From the NCBI GenBank assembly GCA_951406725.2, contig OX597817.1, positions 114,080,001-114,144,000 of the forward strand: DNA of 64,000 nt, given 5' to 3'. Below the pieces are notes generated by a model. That model made no database searches and had not been told where the DNA came from. It was given only the letters and a program-made list of their open reading frames with translations. Made by a program: the position numbers and the translations under genes. This DNA comes from Octopus vulgaris (taxonomy: Eukaryota). Below are positions 51,091-63,621 of the stretch, piece after piece. Position 1 is the first letter of the stretch, and each line of letters begins with the position of its first letter.

Positions 51091-51934
51091 AATATACACA
51101 CATACATACACATGTTTGTATGTGTGTGTGTGTTTATTTATATATATATATATATATACACACACATATATATATATATGAGAGAAGTGGAGGTAGAGTG
51201 CAGATGGAGAAACTAGATAAATATAAATATGTATACATATATATATGTATGTATATATGCATATATATTTATCTAGTTTCTTTCTCTATCCCCACTCTAC
51301 CTCCACTTCTTGTTCTTTTTCTTCTCTCAATATTTATTTTTTTATTTATTTTATTTTATTTATTTATTTACCTTATTTGCTTTTCCTCTCTAAAATCCAC
51401 CTAGAAAGTAAAATCCAATCTGATACTTAAAAAGCTCTCAATATACTTCTTGAAATAATTTTAAATCCGTAATACATTGAGACTTGCTGTAGAACGAAAG
51501 AATGTCATAAGAGGCACTGGTATAAGAGAGAAAGAGAGGGAGGGAGAGAGAGAGGGGGATGAGAGACAGCAGTAGAGAGGAGGTTATTGGGTAAACAATA
51601 AAAATTTTTAAAAAAGGCAGTAAAATGCATTTGAATATTTTAAATTTTGTTTAGGATTTATAGAAAAAGGGGGTATTTGTGAAAATACTCTAGCATCTAA
51701 TTCTTTAAGTCAGAGTCTGATATGTCAGACATCTGGCAATTGTCTTGTCATTGTTTTTATTATTGTTGATTATTTTTATTGTTTTATTACTGTTGTTGTT
51801 ACTGCTATTGCACCTTCCCTTCACATAGTTCTGTGTTGTACTATCAGGTCAATTAGTGACCTGTGGTCTTATCCTTGACAAGTGTTCTATGGCTTTTTCA
51901 TGAAATTTTTGAGAATAGATGCAAGTAACATATA

Positions 51935-52604
51935 GTTGTATGGTAAGAATCTTGCATCTCAACCTCATAGTTTCAGGTTCGGTGCCACTATGGGAAGTCT
52001 TTGGTAGGTGTTTTCTACTACAGCCTCGGGCTGACTCAAGCCTTGTGAGTTAATGTGGTAGATGGAAACTAAAAGAATTCCATTGTATCTATCTATCCAT
52101 CTATCCATCCATCCATCCCTCCCTCTTTCCATCCGCTTCTCCCTTCCTCCCTCTTTCCATCTGCTCCTCCCATCTTTCTTCTTTCCATCTGCTCCTCCCT
52201 TTCTCCCTCCTTCCATCTGCTCCTCTCTTCCTCCCTCCTTCCATCTGCTCCTCCCCTTTTCCCTCTTTCCATCTGCTCCTCCCTTCCTCCCTCTTTCCAT
52301 CTGCTCCTCCCTTTTTCCCTCTTTCCATCTGCTCCTTCCTTCCTCCCTCCTTCCATCTGCTCCTCCCTTCCTCCCTCCTTCCATCTGCTCCTCCCTTCCT
52401 CCCTCCTTCCATCTGCTCCTCCCTTCTTCTCTCCTTCCACCTGCTCCTCCCTTCCTCCCTCCCTCTCTTCCTCCCTCCAAGAGATGCCTGAAACCAATCA
52501 AGGAAGTTTGGAATTAGTTTGAAGAGAAACGCAAGACTGACGAGGGTTCTACAATTTCTTGCTGAACATCCAGCATAGACAATTTACTTACAGCGATCAA
52601 ATGC

Positions 52605-52657
<53 letters not shown>

Positions 52658-53062
52658 CATGTGCTTCTATATATGTATGTAAGTATGTATGCATTTATCT
52701 ATTTATCTATACACACACACATATATTATATAATATTTGCTAACAAACTAGAAGACAAAAGCTGAAGACGAGTGAGGGAACAACAAGCTTTTGATGCTTG
52801 GGAAGAATGGAAATGTCTTTGATGTTGCCAGCCTATACTCTTTGACAGAAAGGGTTGAGAAGCTAAAAAATAGAGAGAGAACGTAAAAAGTCAGAAAGAG
52901 GGAAAAAAATGCATGGGGATTAACAGTTCAATACACACACACACACACACACACGTGTGTGTGTGTGTGTATTGGGTTTGATTTGTTCACTTAAAAACCC
53001 TTCAAAGTTGTGCCCCAGCATGGCCAAAGCCCAGTGACTGAAACAACTAAAAGACTAAAGAT
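51935..53062 (+). mobile_element. SINE family A split by a minisatellite and other inserts
   Basis: Head at 51935-52087 and tail at 52970-53062 in the same orientation. Confidence 0.6.
52127..52465. repeat. 28-bp pyrimidine-rich minisatellite, 12 units
   Basis: Unit ttccatctgctcctcccttcctccctc(c/t); cca(t/c)c recurs every 28 bp from 52129 to 52437. Confidence 0.95.
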
Positions 53063-53100
53063 GTAGTGTGTGTGTTTGTGTGTATACATACATACATACA

Positions 53101-53133
<33 letters not shown>

Positions 53134-53235
53134 GTCTATACACATAGACATTGACACAGACACTTCAAAAATAGACTGCATAAGTTTTGAAATATTTATT
53201 TCCAGAAACAAAATAATGTCATTTTATGCATTTAG

Positions 53236-53526
53236 ATACTTAGTCTAGTATTTAGTAGGCATGCTTTGTGCAGTTTTTAATCATTTAACCGACTTGGATA
53301 TCATACTAATGTGTTGTGTCCATACATATAAAGTGGTATAATGAGGGGTGTCTAATTAGTTTTGAAATGGCCGGTTTGAATGCTAAAGGGTTAAATACTT
53401 AGTCTAGTATTTAGTAGGCATGCTTTGTGCAGTTTTTAATCATTTAACCTACTTGGATATCATACTAATGTGTTGTGTCCATACATATAAAGTGGTATAA
53501 TGAGGGGTGTCTAATTAGTTTTGAAA
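53236..53526. repeat. 132-bp direct duplication separated by a 27-bp MITE terminus
   Basis: 53236-53367 equals 53395-53526 except for one base (accGactt/accTactt). Spacer: tggccggtttgaatgctaaagggTTAA. Confidence 0.92.
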
Positions 53527-53534
53527 GATTTGGA

Positions 53535-53684
53535 TGTGTGTGGTAAGAAGCTTGCTTCTCAACCATTTGGTTCTGAGTTCACTCCTCCTGCAATGCACAT
53601 TAGGCAAGGGATTTCTACTATAGCTTTGGGTCAACCAAAGCATTGTGAGTGGATTTGGTAGGCAGAAACTGAAAGAAGCCTGTT

Positions 53685-53724
<40 letters not shown>

Positions 53725-53980
53725 CCATGTGTGCGTGTTTTTGTGTCTGTGTTTGCCACCCACCCCCATCCATCACCACTTGACAACAGGTGTTGGTGTG
53801 TTTATGTCCTTGAAACTTAGCAGTTCAGCAAAAGATATTGATAGAATAAGTACCAGCCTTCAAAAAAAAAAAAAGAAAAAAAGAAAAAAAAGCACTGGGG
53901 TCAATTTATTCAGCTAAAAATTCTTCAAGATGGTGCCCCAGCATGGCCACAGTCTCATGACTGAAACAAGTAACCAAGAT

Positions 53981-53985
<5 letters not shown>
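53535..53985 (+). mobile_element. SINE family A
   Basis: Head, internal (TA)n and tail are all present. Confidence 0.87.
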
Positions 53986-54019
<34 letters not shown>

Positions 54020-54764
54020 ACATACATTCATACGCACATATGTAGATGTATATACATTCATATACTTATGTATATACATATGTACATATTTATTGTTCGT
54101 AATCTTTTTGACTTCATGTTGTACTAAAGATCAAATAAATGAATAACTGTAGCACTTTGCTTGGAAAGTTTAATAAAAACTCTATTTTAACATTAAAAAT
54201 GTAGGGAAAAAAAAAAAAAATGATAGAAAAGTATTGCTTACCTTGTTTTATTAATCTGGCTTTTGTATCACAAAATCATGAATAGCATATTTTTCAATAG
54301 CTCAAGTATTAATACAGAGTTTTGAAGACTTAAAATTTTATTTTCAAAAAGTCACAGTGCACCTAGATACCCCATGCAGTGCATCATTTGAAAGCAACTG
54401 GTGCATGCACACACATACACACACACATATATACACACACACATATACACATACGCATATATATAGAGACAAAGTAAAACAAAATAGGAGAGTTTGTTCA
54501 TAAAAAATATTTAGTTACATTATTCTAAATATTTTATGAATAACTCCTCTTTTTTTTTGTTTTGCTTTTTATATGTACTCTGTGATCTGTCCAACTATAG
54601 TGTCTAACCAGATGATACTTGAACTGTAGTACGTGTCCTCCTTGGCTACATAAGAATATACTTAGAGTTCAAAATACAGTTTATTTGTTATACATTTTAA
54701 ATTTAAACTGCAGTATGTGTGTGTGTGTGTGTGTGTGCATGTGTGTATATATATATTATTTATT

Positions 54765-55066
54765 TATGCACCCTTTTCAAGCCTAGCCAGGCTCATGGGC
54801 CTGGTTTCCCGGTTTCTGTGGCATATGTGTGCCCCCCAGTTGGACGGGATGCCAGTCCATTGCACCATTAGCCAAGAAACAGGAAGAAGGTATGAAAGAA
54901 AGTTGGGGTGAAAGAGTACCACAGGGGTCATCACCACCCCCTGCTGGAGCCTCGTGGAGCTTTTAGGTATTTTCACTCAATAAACACACATAATGCCCAA
55001 TCTGGGAATCGAAACCACAATCCTCCGACCACTAGTCTGCTGCCCTAACCACTGGGCCATTGCGCC

Positions 55067-55068
<2 letters not shown>
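54765..55068 (-). mobile_element. tRNA-derived SINE (family D; tail shared with family C short form)
   Basis: Minus head gaaggcgcaatggcccagtggttagggc...gtttcgattcc. The tail gaaaccgggaaaccaggcccatgagcctggctagg matches 29760-29810. Confidence 0.82.
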
Positions 55069-55134
<66 letters not shown>

Positions 55135-55135
<1 letters not shown>

Positions 55136-55710
55136 TGAAGCATGATCTTCAAATGTTGGGCCTCATGGAGGCAAGAACTTTGGCAATATGCAGTGTTTGA
55201 GAAGACACAGCAAGCCAAATGAAATCATAGCTGTGGTTATTGTTGGTATCATGTAACTGGCCTGGCACCTGTGCTAGTGACATGTACAAAGCACCTTTCA
55301 AACATTGGGCCTCATGGAGGCAATGTGGTTGATGCTGGTCTCACATAACTAGCACCCGTGCTGGTGGCACATAAAAAGTACTTTTTGAACTGTGGGCCTC
55401 ACGGAGGCAATGACAAATGATGTGCTTGAGAAGAAGACCCATCAAGCCAAGTGAAATCATAGTCATGGCAGATATTGGAGTCATGCAAACTGACGCCCGT
55501 GCAGGTGGTACATAAAAGCACCTATTACACTCTTGGAGTGGCTGACATTAAGAAAAGCATCCAGCTGTAGAAACCATGCCAAGACAGACTACAGTCTGGT
55601 GCAGCCTCTTAGCTTACCAGCCCTGGTCGAACCGACCAACCCATGCCAGCATGGACAACAGATGTTAAATGATGATGATGATGGTGGTGGTGATGATGAT
55701 GATGATGATA
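55135..55710 (+). mobile_element. RTE-tail repeat (family R) with subrepeats
   Basis: Repeated gggcctcatggaggcaa blocks, then aaagcacc...catccagctgtagaaacc...gatgttaaat(gat)n. Confidence 0.8.
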
Positions 55711-55712
55711 TA

Positions 55713-56315
55713 TCTATTTATATAAAAGAGAGATTCTGTTCATTTGTTTGGTTGTTTGTCCAGCAAAATGAAACTAAATTGTTCAGAGGAAGCTATTATA
55801 CTTCTTCTATATATATAAAATCGAGATTCTGTCTCTGTCTTTCTCTAGCAAAATGAAAGTACCTGGTTCAAGGGAAGCTATTATGCTATTGCCTCATTTG
55901 TTTCAACAAAAATTATGCAATGGTACAACACTAATTGTACACAAATTTATGAGGAACTGCATTCTCACTGGTTGTGATAAAGATGACACCATCTTTGTTC
56001 CATGCATACCAGTTATATCATCTAAAATTATAGAGAGATTCTGTCCTGGGGTGCTGGTGTTCCTCCTTTCTCTACCCACTGTCTTCAGCACTTGACATTT
56101 TTATAGAGAACCTATTTCTCATCACCAGTCACTATTCGATCCAATAAAAAGTTAATTTGTGAGACATGACAGCAACAAAGAGCATACATTCACTCCCTGC
56201 ACATGATTAAACTCAGAAAGTTTATGAGAACCTATTGACCCAATTTGCTGATTTTTCCAATGGTACGCAGGTGTCAATGAATGGTTGAATGACCAAATCC
56301 AAGCTTCTCTACTAG
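55713..56315 (+). mobile_element. Helitron cluster with PIF1-helicase fragment
   Basis: Three Helitron-like 5' starts TCta...taaaa..gagattctgt (55713, 55806, ~56021) and a CTAG|T end at 56312-56315. ORF 55853-56095 AIMLLPHLFQQKLCNGTTLIV...ILTGCDKDDTIFVPCIPVIS matches the RepHel motif IMLLRNL..KLCNGTRL...ILTG.GKG..VFIPRIP. Confidence 0.82.
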
Positions 56316-56719
56316 TTCTTTAACAGTTATGATGGGATTTTGTTCCACCAGGGTTTGCAAGACGTCCTCATTGAACTCTACAGATCTTCCAGGACAAGGC
56401 TCGTCTTCTAGGTTGTAGTTTCCAGCTTGGAATTTCTGGAATCACCATTGACACTGGCTTATGCTTATTGTCCAATCCCCATATACTGCTTTAATATTCC
56501 TTGCACGTTCTGTTGTGTTGTTGCCTTTATTGAACTAATAAATCAAAATATGCTGAATATGCTTCTTTGTCACTTCCATTATCGCTTTGAAAAAATAGCT
56601 GTTAAAATCAAACTGGATTCTTGGTAAAATTACTACCTGCTTTTATAGCAAGTTGATCAGGTAGTTTATTCCACTCCCCTCTGACTTTTAATTCATGCAA
56701 TTGAAAAAGCTGCATTATT

Positions 56720-56770
<51 letters not shown>

Positions 56771-56804
56771 GTTTGTGTGTATATGTATATATGTGTGTAT
56801 ATAT

Positions 56805-57265
56805 TACTCTTTTTACTCTTTAACACGTTTCAGTCATTTGACTGTGGCCTTGCTGGAGCACTTGCCTTTAGTTGAAGAAGTTGACCTCAGGACTTATTTT
56901 TTGTAGGCCTAGTACTTATTCTAACTGTCGTTTTTGATGAACCACTAAATTTTGGGGACATAAACATACCAACATCAGTTGCCAAGCAATTGAGCGGGGA
57001 CAAACACAGACACAAAAAATATATACACACATATGCACACACATGCACACATATGCACACGCATGCACACAGACACACACACACACACACACACATACAT
57101 ACACAATAGGCTTCTTCCAGTTTCTGTATACTAAATCTACTCACAAAGCTTTGGTTGGCCTGAGACTATAGTAGAAGACACTTTCCCAAGGTGCCACATA
57201 GTGGGTTTGAACCCAGAACCATGTGGTTGGGAAGCAAGCTTCTTACCACACAGCAATGCCTGTAC
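56805..57265 (-). mobile_element. SINE family A
   Basis: Full-length reverse-complement copy. Decayed heads also at 60320-60490 (+) and 63632-63770 (-). Confidence 0.88.
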
Positions 57266-58018
57266 CTGTATATATGTTTTTATAGATATTTTGCAAACAA
57301 CCTGCAGATGCAATTGCTACCAGTTGAAAGTTTTGTATAGTAGCAAGCTTATGGGGTCATCAAGAGAGAATGCGTGCTGTTTCAGGGCTTTCCTCTCAAC
57401 AGCATTATTCTGCACTTTGTGAGATGAGGCCCCACTTGCTTGATTAACTGGTTGCTAAGTTTCACTCAATATTCCTCTAGCCATTGCTCATCGTCTCTTT
57501 TTAACCAAATCCAGTGGCTTGCCTTCTCCACTGTAGTCTGGATATCACTCATGATGGTATTTGCTTTACGATGAGTTAGGCCTAGCATCAACAACAATCA
57601 CCTCACACTGTGTCCAGTGAATCCTCTACATCCGACTTCGATTGGAAAATGCTCTGAATATATATGTGTGTATATGTGTGTGAGTGTGTATGTATACTGC
57701 ATTATGTGTGTATAGACACACACACACACACAAAACTCACACACACATCCAGTAGACAGACATACGTGAAATCAAGGCAGTACAATTTTATTTCATCTAA
57801 AGGAGTTACCTAATCACTGAGAGTGCACAATGATTCAACAGGTAGTTGGTACACTATCTACATTTCTATGAGAATTAAATAAACAAGAAGAATGGTGACT
57901 TCAAATATGCCATATAAAGAATATTCCATATTTTCTTTATGTTTGTATATTTGAAGTCCATTCTTCCCAATCATATACACACACATATATACATATACAT
58001 ACATATCCACACACACAT

Positions 58019-58079
<61 letters not shown>

Positions 58080-59351
58080 TATATGTATGTGTGTGTGTGT
58101 GTGTGTGCATATATATGCATATGTATATATATATATATGTATGCATAATGTGTACAAAGAATAAAGTTGATTGATGAATACACAGAGTGATAGGCATTGA
58201 GCATTGAGGAAATGAAAAAGAGAAAGTGGGAGAGAGAAAGGTGTATGAAGTCTGTGGAAGTATGGAAAGGTTGTACAGAAATGATATTCCAAAGGCAATA
58301 TTACTAGTTAGATGTTTTAGATTTTGCAAGTTATATATTCAAACACTTCATTCCTCACTATACCACTTCAAATATACTGCTTCTTGAATATCTGTCTTCT
58401 TCTCTATTGATTTCTTGTGAAAATGGTGTTCTGTTTGTTAAAAGTTACTTGGCACGGTGATTTCTCTAGGGAAATCTTTATATGTCTAACTTATAGGTTG
58501 TTTTAAAAAAAAAAGAATTTTTTTTTTGTTCGATGGTTGGTTGGTTGCTGGTTGCCACCAAAACTTGAGGAAGAAATGCTGTTACTGCCCATCTTGTATG
58601 CTGGTTTGTCTTAAATCTTAATGTTTTTGACCTGGCAATATGATGTCGCTAATTTTTATTGTAGCATTGAAGTTTATTATTGAAATTAAAAAAAAAAATT
58701 TCCGAAAAAATAAATAATATGAAAAATATAAAAATGAAAAGACAAAAGCAAAGAAAAAAAAAAACAAGAAAATAATAAATGAATAAAATGTAGCAAACAG
58801 TGAAGTAATGAAGTGCAAATATCATTACGAAATGAATTTTCATTATAATTAAGAAGTAATTATTTTCAATTCTCACTAATTTACATTGAATAATTTGGAA
58901 ACATTTGTTAATGACTTCTGTGTACAAGAATTGTTAACATAACTGTGTTGCATTGCTTTCCATGTGTTTCTTCCCAACCATTTTCTCCATCCATACTTGC
59001 ACATATGGAATGGATGTAACTGTGGATTGTTGAATTTGATTTGTTTTATGGCTGCCACCTGTCAGATCAGTGGATTGATTTCTATTAACAGTTAAAGCAC
59101 ATTGTAATAATGAGTTAGCTCTGGCCTGCCCACTCCTCCTCCTCCCCCTCCTCCTCCCCCTCCCCTCCCCTCCTCCCCTCCTCCTCCTCCTCCTCCTCCA
59201 CCACCACCACCACCACCACCACCACCACCACCACCACCAATTATTCATCAATCTATTGAGCCAGCACTCATCACCAGCTTTTAAAGTTTTGTGAAATTTT
59301 GGGTAAAATTTCTCTTATTTTGGACAATAGTCCATTGTGGGTTGGTTTTCC

Positions 59352-59576
59352 TTAATCCTTTTGTTACCATATTTATGTTGAAATACATTGCCATTGTTCC
59401 AATTAATTTTGAAATTAATGAAGAATTTAGAAAAATAGCTTTCATTATTAAGCTGATTTTTGGAACTTAAATTAACAAATTTCCATGGTAGGTTTTAATC
59501 CAGAACATTTTAAAGCAGGAAGTATGTATCATAGAATCAAAGTTGGTCTTAGTTGAGTTGGTATCAAAATGGTTAA
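59352..59576 (+). mobile_element. piggyBac-type MITE family P2
   Basis: TTAA-tccttttgttacca ... tggtatcaaaatgg-TTAA. Confidence 0.85.
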
Positions 59577-59714
59577 AGTAGTATTAGCACTGTAAGCCAA
59601 TGAAACATAAGTCATTTTCATGGTACTGTTACTGCTGTCAACAATGGCAAATTGTACCATCCGCTGTACTTACAGCTTGGTAGACTCGGTTACTGAGGAC
59701 TAAGTATCATAACT

Positions 59715-60040
59715 GGGACAGAGGTGCATTAAAAAAAAAGTATTTGGCTTTATTTTTTCCTAATGCTACGGGGGCAAAATCCTTTGGGTGGGAGGTGATA
59801 CAACCCCCTTCCTGTGCATGTGTGGCAATTTCCACACTGGTAGGTTGTGTCTGTTCCCAGCTGTTATCCCTAGAGTACAGATGTGCGCTTGTCAGATTTT
59901 TGTTTTCACTGGATGTATTGAGCAGAGATGTTGCATCAAGTTTTGCCAAAAGCTTGGTGATACTCAAGCTCTCAAGCTCATATCATCCAGAAGATTCAGC
60001 AAGCCTTTGGTGATGATGCAATGGGCAATACTCAGATCAT
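59715..60040 (+). mobile_element. mariner 5' fragment (transposase N-terminal HTH)
   Basis: IEQRCCIKFCQKLGDTQA [frameshift] IQKIQQAFGDDAMGNTQI matches the mariner N-terminal EQRxxIKFCxxLG...xAFGxxAM motif. Confidence 0.82.
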
Positions 60041-61319
60041 GTTACTCAGCCAGATACTCATTGCTCTATTCATTCTGACATTTGTTCTATAACAACGAAG
60101 TAAGCTTACACAGTATAATCAAGAAATATGTTGTTAGCTTGCAGTCCTTAGTGCAATTCTTCCTGCAGTTTTAGAAATGGTTATGGAAATGTACTCTAAA
60201 ATATTCAGCTCTAAAAATCCTGTGGATTCTTCATCTGTGGGTTTACCTGTCATATTTTAGAAATCAGTGATAAATCCATATAGGTGGGATGTTGACATAA
60301 TATGTAGTCTTAGAGCAAATGGTTGCAGGAATAGCAGTCTGGGTGAGGTATTTGTTTCCTAACCATATAGTCCCAGATTCAGTTCTACTGTGCAACAGCT
60401 TGGTCAAGTGATTTTTGACTGTAGCCAATTCCTTATGAATGAAGCTTGGCAGATGAAAACTGTGTGGATGATTGTTGTATGCGTGCGTGTGTGAGTGTGT
60501 GATCATCATCATTGTCATTCATCATCATCATCATCATTGTTTAACATCCGCTTTCCATGCTAGCATGGGTTGGACGATTTTGACTGAGGGGTGGTAAGCC
60601 AGATAGCTGCACCAGGCTCCAATCTTGATCTGGCAGAGTTTCTACAGCTGGATGCCCTTCGTAACGCCAACCACTCTGAGAGTATAGTGGGTGCTTTTTA
60701 CGTGCCACCGGCACGGCGGCCAGTCAGGAGGCACTGGCAATGACCTCGCTCAAATCTTTTTACACGTGCCAGTGAAGCAACGTTGGTAACGATCACGCTC
60801 GAATGGTGCCCTTTTACATGCCACGTAAAAGGGCACCATTCGAGTTGGCTGCTCTGGCAACGATCATGCTCGGATGGTGCTCTTGGCACCCTACTAGCAC
60901 GGGCATAAGTGCCAGTAAGGCGACGCTGGTAACGATCATACTCGAATAGCCGCTCTGACAATGATCACACTCGTATGGTGCTCTTTGCACCCCGCTAGCA
61001 TGAATGCCAGTCATCGAATTGATTTTGATTGTTGTCATAATTTTTTTTAATATCCACTATTCTATGCTTGTGTGGGTCAATCAGAATTTACTGAGGCAAA
61101 GTTTCTATGACCAGATGCCTTTCCTGTCACCGATCCTTACTTGTTTCTGAGCAACCTAATATTTCCTCATGGCCAAACGTGCTTTCACAAAATATTGGAA
61201 ATGAATGACATTCATTTACAATAATCACATGATGTCAAGACAAAAAGACACAAACTTAGACACACACATATGTATACATATATACATACATACACCCCCC
61301 ACTCATGTATATCTCTATA

Positions 61320-62035
61320 TCTCTATATATAAAACTGAAATGCGTTTTTACCGCTTGGATCGCTTTCAATGCCACTACATCCCGTCTGATTCGCTCCAAA
61401 ATTTACAGGGACATGTAGAATGAGGTGACGATGCCCGTGGGCTACCTTAGAAATCCCTATCTTGAAAGGTGTGGTTGCTAGAGCCCATCTTCCTCACTCA
61501 CTTCCTCCTTTCCCTCTCTTACTCCCCTTCATTTATAACTTTGAGAATTCCACTCCCGTTATTTAATGTATTCCCCTCAACTCCCTTTCACTTTCCCTTT
61601 ATAAGTTCGTCAGACGGCTTTCTTTGATGTATCTGTCTGCATTCATAGGGAGAATTATCATCGCTACCAACAACACACAATCATGAGAACAAATATTATG
61701 AATCAGATATTCATTGCGTTCATTTATATATGTGTGTGTGTGTGTGTGTTCGATATATAAATATGTATATATAATGTATATATACAAAGTGTATATATCT
61801 GTATTTATGTATATTAAACTTTTTAATACTTTTTGATAGTTATATATATTTTTAAACAAATTATAAATATAATTTAATAATTTTTATTTTAAATTTAAAT
61901 AATTTAAATTTTTCAATTTTATATATTTTCTATATTATATTTTTATTTTTATGTTTTTGTTTTTGTTTTTTTTTGCCTATTAGTGGTTTTATCTCTAATT
62001 TAATTTATACATATATATATATATATATAATGCGT

Positions 62036-62094
<59 letters not shown>

Positions 62095-63453
62095 ATGTGT
62101 GCATTATGTGGTCGGTCGGTTCAGCTGAAAATATGCACACCTATGAACCCTTTCGTTACTATATTTCTGACCAAAATACACCCCTTATGTGTTTCAATTA
62201 ATTTCTAACATAATCATAAAGTTAGTCTGGTTTCATTAAACAACTATAACTTTTTTATTTATTAATATATTAATGTGATTTTTGGAAGATAATTGAATGA
62301 AATGTTCTCAACCAATTCTATACTATAATTTGCATGACAACTATTTTTTTCCTCAAATGAAAGGTGTGACCTCTAGGACAAAATTCCTCATCTTATAAAA
62401 TGTGGCCCCAGTAGACCCAAATGAAATCGGGTTATATTAACCAAAAGGTGAAAAGGGGTATAAATGGGGCTGGAAGGGGATTAAAATTTAAAGGAGCGAG
62501 TGTTTAGGAATTCTCTGTTACATCAAGCTAAAAAATTTGCGCCAGCCTTTTAATCTTCAATGTGTTGCCGTCCATGATGAAGAGGTTTTGAATGCTTGCC
62601 ATGGTGAGTCTACTGTTGTGAGAAAGAATCACTTCAAAACTTGGTGTTTACGAATTTTCTTTTACATCAAGTTCAAAATTTTATGCCAGCCGTTAAACTG
62701 TCAATACGTTGCTGTCCGTCGTTAAGAAATGCCTGTCATGGTGACTCTACTATCCTCAGATTCTATCCCTTCAAACTTTGCTTTCCAATATTTTATTATT
62801 TTTATTCAGCTCGCAAGTTCGTCTGTCCCTTTTAAATGTTAGCGTTTTGCTGTCTGCCTTGAAGCAGACCTTTCCGTTGCCACTGCCTGATATTTATGAT
62901 TGATCTTTCTAAATATTTTATTTCTCAACTTAATCAAGATCTTTTGTTGTTTATAAATGGGAGAGAGATAGATAAAGATAGAGTGTAAGAAAAAGCGAGG
63001 GAGAGTCCGAGAGAAAAGAAAAGTAAGAGAGTGGGAAAGTGAGAGAGAAAGGAGAGAGAAACAAAGAGGGAGAATCATCATCATCATCATCATCGTTTAA
63101 CGTCCGTTTTCCGTCCTAGCACAGGTTGGACAGTTTGACTGGGGTCTGGGAAGCCAGGAGGCTGCACCAGGCTCCAGTCTGATCTGGCAGTGTTTCTACA
63201 GGTGGATGACCTTCCTAACGCCAACCACTCTGTGAGTGTAGTGGGTGCTTTTTTCGTGCCGCCGGCACAGGTGCCAGGGGGCTCGCAGTGGCAATGATCG
63301 GTTGGTGCTTTTTACGTGCCACTGGCACAGAAGCCAGTCAAAGCGGCGCTGCAATCGGCCACGTTCGGATGGTGCTTTTACGTGCTGAAAGGAAGCAACA
63401 GAAAATAACAACCACACTCTTACCCGCGCGTAGAGCAAGTCACCTTCAGCTAG
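61320..63453 (+). mobile_element. putative ~2.1-kb non-autonomous Helitron with nested inserts
   Basis: The 5' end TCtctatatataaaactgaaatg resembles the start of the 6917-7306 element. The 3' end is acccgcgcgtagagcaagt (decayed hairpin) ...cagCTAG|T at 63450-63453. Linkage of the two ends is inferred. Confidence 0.55.
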
Positions 63454-63546
63454 TATATATATATATATACACACACATATGTATGTGTATCTCTTTCTCT
63501 CCCTTCCCTTTGTCTATCTATCTATCTATCTATCTGCCTGACTTTC

Positions 63547-63621
<75 letters not shown>

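Noticed and set aside
51965-52517. Repetitive 134-178-aa ORFs
   Set aside because: Product of the 28-bp minisatellite; the unit is not a multiple of 3 and multiple frames on both strands are open.
58989-59020. miR-1-like hairpin (catactt...tggaatg)
   Set aside because: Only the first 7 nt match the mature miR-1 sequence and the stem is too short.
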